Shown: positions 50,062 through 58,855 of the stretch, one piece after another
Layout: every line of letters starts with the position of its first letter
Numbering within the stretch: position 1 is the first letter of the stretch
Assembly (NCBI GenBank): GCA_902798545.1
Contig: CADBWQ010000003.1
Location: 191,540-255,539, forward strand
DNA: 64,000 bases
Origin: Oscillospiraceae bacterium
GTDB lineage: Bacteria; Bacillota; Clostridia; Oscillospirales; Oscillospiraceae
Reading direction: 5' to 3'
Notes under the pieces: model-generated
The model's database searches: none
What the model was told of the DNA's origin: nothing
What the model saw: only the letters and a program-made list of their open reading frames with translations
Position numbers and translations under genes: made by a program

Positions 50062-51210
50062 ATGCAATCTTTTGATTTTCCAGGCTGGAAACTATTTGCC
50101 GGTCCTCTGGTTGCTTTCCTGATCTGCTACTTCATGACGCCGCCGGTCAAGCGCTTTGCAGAAAACGTCGGTGCGATTGATGTACCAAAGGATGACCGTC
50201 GAATCCATGACCATCCGATTCCCCGTATGGGTGGTCTCGCTATTTTTGTCGGTTTTGTACTGTCTGTTCTGATCTTCGTCAATATGTCCATGCAGGTCAT
50301 GGGGCTTCTCCTTGGCGCCGTGATCATCGCGGTCATGGGCGCTTTGGACGACATTCTCTGTCTGAACCCCTGGATCAAGCTGGGCGGTCAGTTTCTCGCG
50401 GCGCTGGTTGCGATCCGATGCGGCATTGTATTCGACGCCATCTCCAACCCTGGTTTTTTCCCCGCTGAAGCCACTATCCAGCTGGGCTGGCTCTCCATTC
50501 CCTTTACCATCTTTTGGATCATTGCCTGCACCAACGCAGTCAATCTCATTGATGGGCTGGACGGTCTTGCCGTCGGCATCTCTGCCATCAGTTCCATTTC
50601 GATGATGATCGTGTCGATGATTCTCCCGGCAGGGATCGGGAGCATTCCGCTGCTGCTCGCCTGTCTTGCCGGCGCATGCTTCGGTTTCATGCCTTACAAC
50701 CTCAACCCCGCTCAGATCTTTATGGGTGATGTAGGTTCTCAGTTTCTTGGATATGTTCTCTCCTGTGTCTCCATCATGGGTCTGTTTAAGTTCCATGCGA
50801 TCATCACATTCCTGATCCCTCTGCTGTCTTTGGCCGTCCCTCTCGGCGATACCATCTTCGCCTTTTTCCGGCGCATTATTCACGGGCAGAGTCCTTTTCA
50901 CGCCGACCGCGGTCATATTCATCACAAGCTTCTCGCCATGGGGATGAGTCAAAAACAGGCGGTCGCCGTGCTCTATGCAGTCTCCGCCGTTCTCGGTCTG
51001 ATTGCGGTACTGGTTGCCGGCCCCGGCACCGGGATTCGCATTGTCTGTATTGTAATCGCATTTGCGATCTCTCTTACAGTCTGGCTTTTTGTCTTCAAAA
51101 ACATGCAGATTCACCCGGAGCACAGGGAGGGCCCTTCTCCCGCATCTGAGATTGCCTCCTTCAAAGCTGCCGCTTCTGATAGCTCGGCGGAGAGCGAGGA
51201 TAAAGGATGA
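50062..51210 (+). CDS. Undecaprenyl-phosphate N-acetylhexosamine-1-phosphate transferase (GT4 MraY/WecA/TagO family).
   Basis: DDRRIHDHPIPRMGG, NAVNLIDGLDGLA, and about 10-11 TM spans. Confidence 0.9.
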   Translation: MQSFDFPGWKLFAGPLVAFLICYFMTPPVKRFAENVGAIDVPKDDRRIHDHPIPRMGGLAIFVGFVLSVLIFVNMSMQVMGLLLGAVIIAVMGALDDILCLNPWIKLGGQFLAALVAIRCGIVFDAISNPGFFPAEATIQLGWLSIPFTIFWIIACTNAVNLIDGLDGLAVGISAISSISMMIVSMILPAGIGSIPLLLACLAGACFGFMPYNLNPAQIFMGDVGSQFLGYVLSCVSIMGLFKFHAIITFLIPLLSLAVPLGDTIFAFFRRIIHGQSPFHADRGHIHHKLLAMGMSQKQAVAVLYAVSAVLGLIAVLVAGPGTGIRIVCIVIAFAISLTVWLFVFKNMQIHPEHREGPSPASEIASFKAAASDSSAESEDKG

Positions 51211-51689
51211 AGATTGCCGTTTTCTCCGACACCCACGGTGTAACCCGACCGATGCTTGACGCGGTCTCCCGCTGTTGCCCGGATGCGGTTTTTCATCTTG
51301 GCGATCACGACCGCGATACTGTGGCCCTTCTAAGGCGCTTTCCTGAAATTCCGCTGTACAACGTTGCCGGGAACTGTGACTTTTCCTCTCTAGCACCAAA
51401 TGTCCTCACGGTTTCTCTTGGCCCGGTCAAGGCTTTCCTCACTCACGGACATCTGTATCATGTAGACTACGGTCGGGTGGATTCGCTGGTCTATGCCGCG
51501 CAGGAGGCCGGCTGTCAGCTGGCACTGTTCGGTCATACGCATATTCCGTATCATGAGGATGTTGGCGGTGTTAAAGTTGTAAACCCCGGAACCGCAGGAA
51601 AAGGCCGCAGTTTAACCTGGGCGCTTCTCACGATCTGCGAAAACGGCGGGATCGCAGTCGAGATGAAGGATCTTGATCCTCACATCTAA
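51207..51689 (+). CDS. YfcE/MJ0936-family metallophosphoesterase.
   Basis: MKIAVFSDTHG...HLGD...GNCD...GHTH. ATGA overlap with the upstream gene. Confidence 0.9.
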   Translation: MKIAVFSDTHGVTRPMLDAVSRCCPDAVFHLGDHDRDTVALLRRFPEIPLYNVAGNCDFSSLAPNVLTVSLGPVKAFLTHGHLYHVDYGRVDSLVYAAQEAGCQLALFGHTHIPYHEDVGGVKVVNPGTAGKGRSLTWALLTICENGGIAVEMKDLDPHI

Positions 51690-51713
51690 GTTGAGTATTA
51701 TAACAAAATATCC

Positions 51714-51747
51714 GGTTTCCCGGTCCGCTGCCGGGAAGCCTTTTTTA
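51714..51747 (+). terminator. Intrinsic terminator 14 nt upstream of the tex start codon.
   Basis: GGTTTCCCGG-TCCGCTG-CCGGGAAGCC followed by TTTTTT. Confidence 0.75.
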
Positions 51748-51760
51748 TGAAAGGAACAAC

Positions 51761-53944
51761 ATGGAAGAACTCATCTCAATTCTGGCAGAAGAACTGGGGC
51801 AGAAGCCCGAGTATGTTGAAAACGTCATCCGTCTTCTGGACGAAGGTAATACAGTTCCCTTTATTGCCCGTTATCGCAAGGAGCTGCATGGTGCCATGGA
51901 CGATACTGTCCTCCGCACGCTGGAAGCACGCCTGCAGTACCTGCGCAATCTGCAGGAGCGGCGTGAAACCATTCTTTCATCTATTGAGGAACAGGGCAAG
52001 CTCACGCCAGAGCTCGCCGCCTTGATCGGCAAGGCCGGGACACTTGCAGAGCTTGAGGATCTCTACCGCCCTTATAAGCAGAAACGCCGCACACGCGCTA
52101 CCATAGCAAAGGAAAAGGGCCTTGAGCCACTGGCGGAGCTGCTTTACCGACAGGCTCGTGACTGCCCGGTTCCGGAAGATGCTGCAGCAGACTATATTAA
52201 CCCTGGCAGCGGTGTAGAGACAGTTGAAGACGCACTGGCAGGTGCCTCGGATATCATTTCCGAACAGATCAGTGACCGCGCCGATCTCCGAAAGGCCTTG
52301 AAAGAACTGCTGGATCGGATCGGTCAGCTCCATTCAGAGGCAGCTACAGAAGAGGATTCTGTCTATCAGCTCTACTATGATTTCACACAAAATCTCTCCC
52401 GCATGCAGGGGCACCAGATTCTCGCCATCAACCGCGGGGAAAAGGAAAAACTGCTGCGCGTTTCTGTGCTGCTGGACCATGAGATTGCCATGCGTACAGT
52501 CTACCGCATGGTTGTCATGCCGGGTACCGCAGCTATGGAATTCATCCGTTTGGCGGCCCTGGATGCATATGATCGTCTTCTCTTCCCTTCCCTCGAGCGT
52601 GAAATTCGTTCCGATCTGACTGCGAAAGCCTGCGAAGGTGCCATTGGTCAGTTTGCGCTGAACCTGCGCCCTCTCCTGATGCAGCCACCCGTAAAAGGAA
52701 AAGTAACCATGGGCCTGGATCCCGGGTATCGCATGGGCTGCAAGGTTGCGGTTGTGGACGGCACCGGTCGTGTCCTGGACACCGCGGTCGTTTATCCCAC
52801 CTATGGTGAACGGCAGAAAAATGAGGCCATCCAGAAACTCGCCGCTCTTGTACACCGGCACGGTGTCGAGCATATCGCCATCGGGAACGGCACGGCCAGC
52901 CGTGAAACCGAACAGATGGCTATCGAGCTGATCCACCAGGAAAACGCGCATGGTGCCAACCTGAGCTATATGATAGTCTCCGAAGCCGGTGCTTCTGTAT
53001 ATTCTGCAAGTCCTCTCGGTGCGGAAGAGTTTCCCCAATTCGATGTGAATCTGCGCTCTGCTGTGTCCATCGCCCGTCGGCTGCAGGACCCGCTTGCTGA
53101 GCTGGTCAAGATTGAACCAAAGGCAATCGGCGTCGGACAGTATCAGCACGATATGCCGGAAAAACAGCTGGAGTCTGCTCTGGATGCGGTGGTCGAAGAC
53201 TGTGTCAACGCTGTCGGTGTCGATGTGAACACCGCTTCTCCTTCCCTCCTTCGCCGTGTATCCGGCCTCACTGCGACGACTGCCAAAAACATCGTCTCCT
53301 TCCGCGAAGAAAACGGGCCGTTCCATGATCGGAAACAGCTGCAGAAAGTGCCGAAACTCGGTCCGAAAGCCTTCCAGCAGTGTGCCGGTTTTCTGCGTGT
53401 ACCCGAAAGCAGTAGTATTCTCGACAATACCGCCGTCCACCCCGAATCCTATTCCGCAGCTTCCGCTCTGCTTAGTCTTACAGGGCACAGTGAGTCCGAC
53501 CTTCGCAATGGAATGCTCTCCGATCTCCCATCTCGCGTAAAGGAATACGGCACAGCCAAAGCTGCTGAAGAGCTTGGGATCGGTGTTCCCACATTGCTGG
53601 ATGTCATGCAGGAGCTCATGAAACCCGGTCGTGATGTACGCGATGAACTGCCGAAACCGATCCTCCGTACCGATGTCATGGAAATCTCCGACCTTAAGCC
53701 CGGAATGAAACTCTCCGGTACCGTGCGCAATGTCATCGACTTTGGTGCCTTTGTCGATATCGGGGTCCATCAGGACGGCCTCGTCCATATCTCCGAGATT
53801 TCCGACCGCTTTATCCGCCATCCATCCGAAGTACTCTCTGTCGGGGATGTCGTTCAGGTCTTGGTTCTGAGCGTAGATGAAAAGAAAAAGCGTATTGGTC
53901 TGTCCATCAAACAGGCCAAAGAAGAATCCGGCAAGTCATTATGA
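51761..53944 (+). CDS. tex: Tex-like transcription accessory protein (YqgF/HhH/S1 domains).
   Basis: TVPFIARYRKE near the N-terminus, and a C-terminal S1 domain GTVRNVIDFGAFVDIGVHQDGLVHISE. Confidence 0.95.
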   Translation: MEELISILAEELGQKPEYVENVIRLLDEGNTVPFIARYRKELHGAMDDTVLRTLEARLQYLRNLQERRETILSSIEEQGKLTPELAALIGKAGTLAELEDLYRPYKQKRRTRATIAKEKGLEPLAELLYRQARDCPVPEDAAADYINPGSGVETVEDALAGASDIISEQISDRADLRKALKELLDRIGQLHSEAATEEDSVYQLYYDFTQNLSRMQGHQILAINRGEKEKLLRVSVLLDHEIAMRTVYRMVVMPGTAAMEFIRLAALDAYDRLLFPSLEREIRSDLTAKACEGAIGQFALNLRPLLMQPPVKGKVTMGLDPGYRMGCKVAVVDGTGRVLDTAVVYPTYGERQKNEAIQKLAALVHRHGVEHIAIGNGTASRETEQMAIELIHQENAHGANLSYMIVSEAGASVYSASPLGAEEFPQFDVNLRSAVSIARRLQDPLAELVKIEPKAIGVGQYQHDMPEKQLESALDAVVEDCVNAVGVDVNTASPSLLRRVSGLTATTAKNIVSFREENGPFHDRKQLQKVPKLGPKAFQQCAGFLRVPESSSILDNTAVHPESYSAASALLSLTGHSESDLRNGMLSDLPSRVKEYGTAKAAEELGIGVPTLLDVMQELMKPGRDVRDELPKPILRTDVMEISDLKPGMKLSGTVRNVIDFGAFVDIGVHQDGLVHISEISDRFIRHPSEVLSVGDVVQVLVLSVDEKKKRIGLSIKQAKEESGKSL

Positions 53945-53998
53945 CCACGGATACGGGTTCCTGATTTTATAATTTATAAATATTATGATCCCGCTTTC

Positions 53999-54034
53999 AC
54001 GAGCACTGTGTTCCCCTGGAGACGCAGTGCTCGT
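53999..54034 (+). terminator. Hairpin after tex (putative terminator, no U-tract).
   Basis: ACGAGCACTG...CAGTGCTCGT, 10-bp perfect stem. Confidence 0.4.
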
Positions 54035-54156
54035 TCATGCTATCCAGGAAGAATTCATACCGGCAGGCCTGATAGCTTTATACAATCTTAATATCTTTTT
54101 AAAACTCTTAATCCTGTTTTAACCCGAATTGTGAGAAACTGTTCACAGATATAATC

Positions 54157-54185
54157 TTTACAGTTTCTTAACGCTCTGGTATAAG
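54157..54185 (+). promoter_or_regulatory. Candidate promoter TTTACA-17-TATAAG (TG-extended) for kdpD-kdpE-kup.
   Basis: TTTACA at 54157-54162 and TGGTATAAG ending at 54185, with a 17-nt spacer. An alternative TATAAT lies at 54150-54155. Confidence 0.5.
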
Positions 54186-54218
54186 TGTCATAACACACTC
54201 AAGCGGAGGTTTGCCCTT

Positions 54219-56072
54219 ATGCCAAGTCATGACGGAAGCATTCTAATCTGCCTGTCTCCTGCTCCATCAAACCGCATCATCATTGAAGCAGCTGCCGGTA
54301 TGCACCGCAGCAAAGACGCCGCTCTAATTGCACTGTTTATTGAAACCCCCGGGTATGAGCAGCTCTCTGACCGGGATAAGCAGCGGCTGAATGCCAACAT
54401 GGCATTGGCCAGGACGTTCGGCGCAGAGATCGAAGTGGTAAGCGGGGTGGACATTCCCTTTCAGATTGCGGAATATGCGCGGCGTCAGGATATTTTCCGG
54501 ATTGTAATGGGCCAGGGCATTGTACCGCATAGCCGCCTCCTCCCTGTCCAGGACTTTGCTGAAGAACTGCTGCGGTATTTACCGGAAGCTGAACTGCATA
54601 TCATTCCGGACGGAAGTCGCAAGGCTCATTATCGGCCTCATGAGGATGATCGGTCCTCCCGGGAACAAATACTGGTCGATCTTCTGTTCAGCCTGCTGAT
54701 TCTGTCAGTCGCGACACTGCTCGGCACACTCTTTGATTCTCTTCATTTTTCTGACTCTACGATTATGATGTCGTATCTGCTGGGAGTCCTCCTGATCTCG
54801 ATTGGTACCTCTCACCGTGGCTACAGTCTTGTTGCCGCAGTCGTCTCCATTCTTTTGTTCAACTACTTTTTTGTCCAGCCCCGATTCTCTCTTCAGGTTC
54901 TCGAGTCAGGTTATCCGGTCACTCTTCTTGTTATGTTTCTGACTTCCTTTATTACCGGGACCCTCGCCGTCAGACTGAAGAGCGCAGCGCGTCAGGCTGC
55001 TCAGACCGCTTATCGGACAAAGATCATTTCGGACACGGACCAGATGCTTGCCAAATGCAGCGGAAAGTCCGAAATACTGGATGTATGCTCCCGCCAGGTT
55101 CAAAAACTTCTGTCGCAGCCTTTTCAGCTTCAGAGTCATGATGACGGTGTTTGCCTTGCCGTATCTGAATTCGAATCCTCTGATTCTCTCGCGAACTTCC
55201 CGCTTCAGAGCAAGTCCCGCATATATGCCGTTCTATCTGTCGATGTCAGCAGGAAGCCGATCGAAGTAGCAGAACACGGCATTCTGCTATCAATCCTCGG
55301 GGAATGTACTCTGGCCCTGGAGAACGAGCAGAACGCCCGTGAAAAAGAGGAAGCTACCGTCCAGATTGAAAACGAGCGTATGCGCTCTACGCTTCTTCGC
55401 GCCATCTCTCACGATCTCCGAACCCCCCTTACCTCCATCTCCGGTAATGCCAGTAACCTGCTTTCTCATGAGAACGACTTTGACGCACCGACACGCCGCA
55501 GTATCTACCACAGCATTTATGAAGACTCACTCTGGCTCAATCAGGTAGTGGAAAACCTTCTGGCAAGCACCCGCCTTGAGAATGGTGAGGCACAGCTGTA
55601 TTTCTCTACCGAAGTTCTGGAAGACATCATCGTCGAATCCGTCTCTCATATTCTCTCCTTCAGTGGTTCCCACAAGATCGTGATTGAGCCCTCGGATGAG
55701 CTGATTCTGGTGAAGGCCGATTCCCGTCTGATTACCCAGGTACTCATAAACCTTCTGAACAATGCGATCAAATATACGCCGGATGGCTCCACCATCAGGA
55801 TCCGCACGCAGAAGCGGGCCAGCTCTGCCTGTGTCTCCGTTGCGGATAACGGTCCCGGTGTTCCGGATTCTGACAAAGCAAGGGTATTCGATATGTTCTA
55901 TACCGGTTCGCAAAACATTTCTGACAGCCGGCGCAGTCTCGGCTTCGGGCTTGCGCTGTGCAAAACAATCATTCAGGCTCACGGCGGTGAGATTTCCGTT
56001 TCAGACAATGTGCCGCACGGTGCCATTTTCACTTTCTGTTTACCCGCGGAGGAGGTGTCTCTGAATGGATAA
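54219..56072 (+). CDS. kdpD: Sensor histidine kinase KdpD-like. It has the Usp-like, DUF4118-type membrane and HisKA/HATPase domains but lacks the N-terminal KdpD sensor domain.
   Basis: 617 aa, beginning directly with a Usp-like segment (ILICLSPAPSN...). Four TM spans, H-box ISHDLRTPLTSI, N-box LLNNAIKYTP, G-boxes DNGPGV and GFGLALC. Confidence 0.85.
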   Translation: MPSHDGSILICLSPAPSNRIIIEAAAGMHRSKDAALIALFIETPGYEQLSDRDKQRLNANMALARTFGAEIEVVSGVDIPFQIAEYARRQDIFRIVMGQGIVPHSRLLPVQDFAEELLRYLPEAELHIIPDGSRKAHYRPHEDDRSSREQILVDLLFSLLILSVATLLGTLFDSLHFSDSTIMMSYLLGVLLISIGTSHRGYSLVAAVVSILLFNYFFVQPRFSLQVLESGYPVTLLVMFLTSFITGTLAVRLKSAARQAAQTAYRTKIISDTDQMLAKCSGKSEILDVCSRQVQKLLSQPFQLQSHDDGVCLAVSEFESSDSLANFPLQSKSRIYAVLSVDVSRKPIEVAEHGILLSILGECTLALENEQNAREKEEATVQIENERMRSTLLRAISHDLRTPLTSISGNASNLLSHENDFDAPTRRSIYHSIYEDSLWLNQVVENLLASTRLENGEAQLYFSTEVLEDIIVESVSHILSFSGSHKIVIEPSDELILVKADSRLITQVLINLLNNAIKYTPDGSTIRIRTQKRASSACVSVADNGPGVPDSDKARVFDMFYTGSQNISDSRRSLGFGLALCKTIIQAHGGEISVSDNVPHGAIFTFCLPAEEVSLNG

Positions 56073-56781
56073 AACACAGATTCTGGTTGTGGAGGACGAT
56101 ATACAGGTTCAAAATCTGATTACGGTCACACTGAAGGCAGAGGGGTATCGATACCTGACCGCACAGACCGGTCAGTCCGCTGTCATTGCTGCAGCCACGC
56201 ACAATCCTGATGTCATTCTGCTGGATCTCGGTCTCCCTGATATGGACGGCGTTGAAGTGATCCGGCGGATTCGGTCCTGGTCAAATGTCCCCATCATTGT
56301 CATCAGTGCCAGGAGCGAGGACACAGACAAAATCGACGCCCTGGATTCCGGGGCCGATGATTACCTGACCAAACCCTTCTCGGTGGCAGAGCTTCTCGCC
56401 CGTCTGCGGGTTACCATGCGCCGAATCAACGGGGTCGGATTTGACACTGCCTCTTCCTTGTTTCGCAACGGTGCTCTGACCATCGACTATGCCGCCGGCT
56501 GTGTCACCCTCGGCCGTGAGGAAGTCCGTCTCACGCCCATTGAGTACAAACTGTTATGTCTGCTTTCCCGGAATGTTGGGAAAGTATTAACGCATAAATA
56601 TATCACGCAGAGCATCTGGGGGAACTCTCTGGACAGCACAACTGCTTCTCTCCGGGTCTTCATGGCCACACTGCGGAAGAAACTGATGCCCTCTCCTGAC
56701 AGTCCCGCCTTTATCCAGACCCATGTCGGTGTCGGGTATCGGATGATCCGCGTGGAGGACAAAACGGAGTATATGACATGA
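56065..56781 (+). CDS. kdpE: OmpR-family response regulator KdpE-like.
   Basis: Receiver domain ILVVEDD...VILLDLGLPDMDG, and winged-helix LTPIEYKLLCLL...GVGYRM. 8-nt overlap with kdpD. Confidence 0.9.
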   Translation: MDKTQILVVEDDIQVQNLITVTLKAEGYRYLTAQTGQSAVIAAATHNPDVILLDLGLPDMDGVEVIRRIRSWSNVPIIVISARSEDTDKIDALDSGADDYLTKPFSVAELLARLRVTMRRINGVGFDTASSLFRNGALTIDYAAGCVTLGREEVRLTPIEYKLLCLLSRNVGKVLTHKYITQSIWGNSLDSTTASLRVFMATLRKKLMPSPDSPAFIQTHVGVGYRMIRVEDKTEYMT

Positions 56782-58772
56782 AAAAACGGCCTGCATTTCG
56801 ATTCGGTATGTTCCTTGTGACGATCGGTATCGTCTATGGCGACATCGGGACCTCTCCGATGTACGTCATGAAGTCCATTCTGGAAGGCAACGGCGGTATT
56901 AGTCAGATTGATGAGCAGTTTATTATCGGTTCGCTTTCCCTTGTGATCTGGACCATCACCCTCCTTACGACGATCAAATATGTTCTCATTGCCATGAAGG
57001 CAGACAACCACGGTGAAGGCGGCATTTTCTCCCTTTATTCACTGGTGCGCGACTGCGGCAAGTGGCTGATCGTTCCCGCGATGCTGGGCGGTGCTGCCCT
57101 GTTGGCAGACGGAGTTTTGACACCGGCAGTCACCGTCACAACCGCTGTTGAAGGTCTCCGGAGCATTGAGAGCATGGATCGTTTTCTTGGCTCCGGTCAG
57201 TGGAAAGTCGTCATCATCACACTGGTGATTATCACAGCGCTCTTCTCAGTACAGCATGCCGGGACCAGCCGCATTGGAAAGGCTTTCGGGCCTGTTATGC
57301 TGCTTTGGTTTTCATTTCTCGGTCTGACCGGTGCAGTTCATATTCTCTCTCTTCCCGCAGTCTTGAAAGCTTTCAACCCTTTCTATGCGATCAAGGTTCT
57401 CATCAGTCCTGCCAACAAGCTCGGCTTCATGATTCTCGGCAGTGTTTTTCTCGCCACCACGGGTGCCGAAGCGCTCTACTCTGACATGGGCCACGTTGGG
57501 AAGGAGAATATCTATTTCAGCTGGCCCTTCGTCAAGCTCTGTCTGATTCTCAACTATCTCGGTCAGGGCGCCTGGATCATTCAGAACCATACCAATTCAG
57601 CACTTGTTAATGTGATGGATCTGAATCCCTTCTTTCTGATGCTGCCGGAGCTTCTGCGTCCGTTTGCAGTCATTCTGGGAGCCGCTGCCGCTGTTATTGC
57701 TTCTCAGGCATTGATCACCGGATCTTATACTCTGGTTTCGGAAGCCATCCTTCTGGACCTCCTGCCCCATCTGGAAATTCGTTATCCCTCCGATACCAAA
57801 GGTCAACTTTACATCGGTACGGTCAACAACGCTCTATGGATCGGATGCAGCCTCGTAGTACTCTATTTCCGCTCCGGAGCCAGAATGGAATCCGCATACG
57901 GTCTCGCTATCACGGTAACCATGCTGATGACAACGGTTCTCCTCTGCGTCTATCTCCGTGCGATTCGCCGGCGGGGTGCGCTTGCCTATCTCATGCTGGC
58001 GGTATTCGGAGGAATTGAAACAATCTTCTTCGTCTCCAGCCTCAGCAAGTTCATGCACGGCGGCTATGTCACCGTGATTCTCACTCTCATTCTTCTGGCT
58101 CTTGAAGCAGTCTGGTATCGCGGAACCCAGCTGGAGCAGAAATATGCAACCCGTCTCCATATTCGTGAACATGTCGATAGTCTTGTCGCTCTGCATAACG
58201 ATCCTGAAATCCCTCTTCTGGCGCACAATCTGGTCTATCTCGACGGGGAAAAAGACCTTGAGCTGATGGACCGGGATATTCTCTATTCTATTCTGGACAA
58301 GGACACCAAGCGTGCACAGGCTTACTGGTTTGTCAGCGTACACGTTCTGAACGAGCCAAAAACCATGACCTATGAACTGGAAACATACGGAACTGACTGT
58401 ATTTTCCGCATTCGTCTGAATCTGGGCTTTCAGTGCTCACAGCGTGTCAACGTCTATCTGCGCCAGATCGTACAGGATCTGCAGGCCAGAGGGGAGCTGC
58501 CGATCCAGGACAAAAAATACTCCATTTACGGCAAATCTACCGTCGGCACTTTCAAGTTCTGTATCATCCACAAGTCGGTAACGACAAAGACCGAGCTCTC
58601 AGACCTGGATGAGTTCGTTTTGAACGCAAAATACGCAATTCGCCGGGTTGCCGGCTCCAAAGAGCGCTGGTACGGTCTGGATACCTCGTCTCTGATCATT
58701 GAAAATGTCCCCCTGATTACCGGAAGCGGAATCCCGCATGAAAGGATAAAACGCATCTCATCTGAAAACTAA
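56778..58772 (+). CDS. kup: KUP/HAK/KT-family potassium uptake transporter.
   Basis: GIVYGDIGTSPMYV, TGAEALYSDMGH, about 12 TM spans and a cytoplasmic C-terminal domain. ATGA overlap with kdpE. Confidence 0.95.
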   Translation: MKKRPAFRFGMFLVTIGIVYGDIGTSPMYVMKSILEGNGGISQIDEQFIIGSLSLVIWTITLLTTIKYVLIAMKADNHGEGGIFSLYSLVRDCGKWLIVPAMLGGAALLADGVLTPAVTVTTAVEGLRSIESMDRFLGSGQWKVVIITLVIITALFSVQHAGTSRIGKAFGPVMLLWFSFLGLTGAVHILSLPAVLKAFNPFYAIKVLISPANKLGFMILGSVFLATTGAEALYSDMGHVGKENIYFSWPFVKLCLILNYLGQGAWIIQNHTNSALVNVMDLNPFFLMLPELLRPFAVILGAAAAVIASQALITGSYTLVSEAILLDLLPHLEIRYPSDTKGQLYIGTVNNALWIGCSLVVLYFRSGARMESAYGLAITVTMLMTTVLLCVYLRAIRRRGALAYLMLAVFGGIETIFFVSSLSKFMHGGYVTVILTLILLALEAVWYRGTQLEQKYATRLHIREHVDSLVALHNDPEIPLLAHNLVYLDGEKDLELMDRDILYSILDKDTKRAQAYWFVSVHVLNEPKTMTYELETYGTDCIFRIRLNLGFQCSQRVNVYLRQIVQDLQARGELPIQDKKYSIYGKSTVGTFKFCIIHKSVTTKTELSDLDEFVLNAKYAIRRVAGSKERWYGLDTSSLIIENVPLITGSGIPHERIKRISSEN

Positions 58773-58776
58773 TCGC

Positions 58777-58815
58777 AGCCCCCGCCGGCATAGCCGGCGG
58801 GGGCTCTCTTTCTGT
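58777..58815. terminator. Strong GC-rich terminator between the convergent kup and COG0523 genes.
   Basis: AGCCCCCGCCGGC-ATA-GCCGGCGGGGGCT, 13-bp stem, followed by a T-rich tract. Confidence 0.8.
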
Positions 58816-58855
58816 TCGATTGTTCTGTTCTTCTGTCTGTCATCCGTATTCCGCT

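Noticed and set aside
53965-53979. AT-rich perfect palindrome TTTATAA-T-TTATAAA just after tex, considered as a Fur/PerR-type 7-1-7 box.
   Set aside because: The half-sites do not match TGATAAT or TTATAAT 7-1-7 consensus registers. The sequence is low complexity, and it lies downstream of a gene rather than at a promoter.
54129-54148. Calling TTGTGAGAAACTGTTCACAG a bona fide Rex operator.
   Set aside because: The arm spacing is TGTGA-N8-TCACA, 2 nt longer than the Rex or CRP consensus. I kept it only as a low-confidence observation in the findings.
53945-54218. c-di-AMP (ydaO/kimA-type) riboswitch ahead of the K+ operon. Also considered: a fluoride riboswitch ahead of the ClC gene (43876-44106).
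   Set aside because: I could not find the conserved ydaO or crcB motif segments by eye, and the predicted leaders are short. A covariance-model scan (Rfam RF00379, RF01734) would be needed to settle this.
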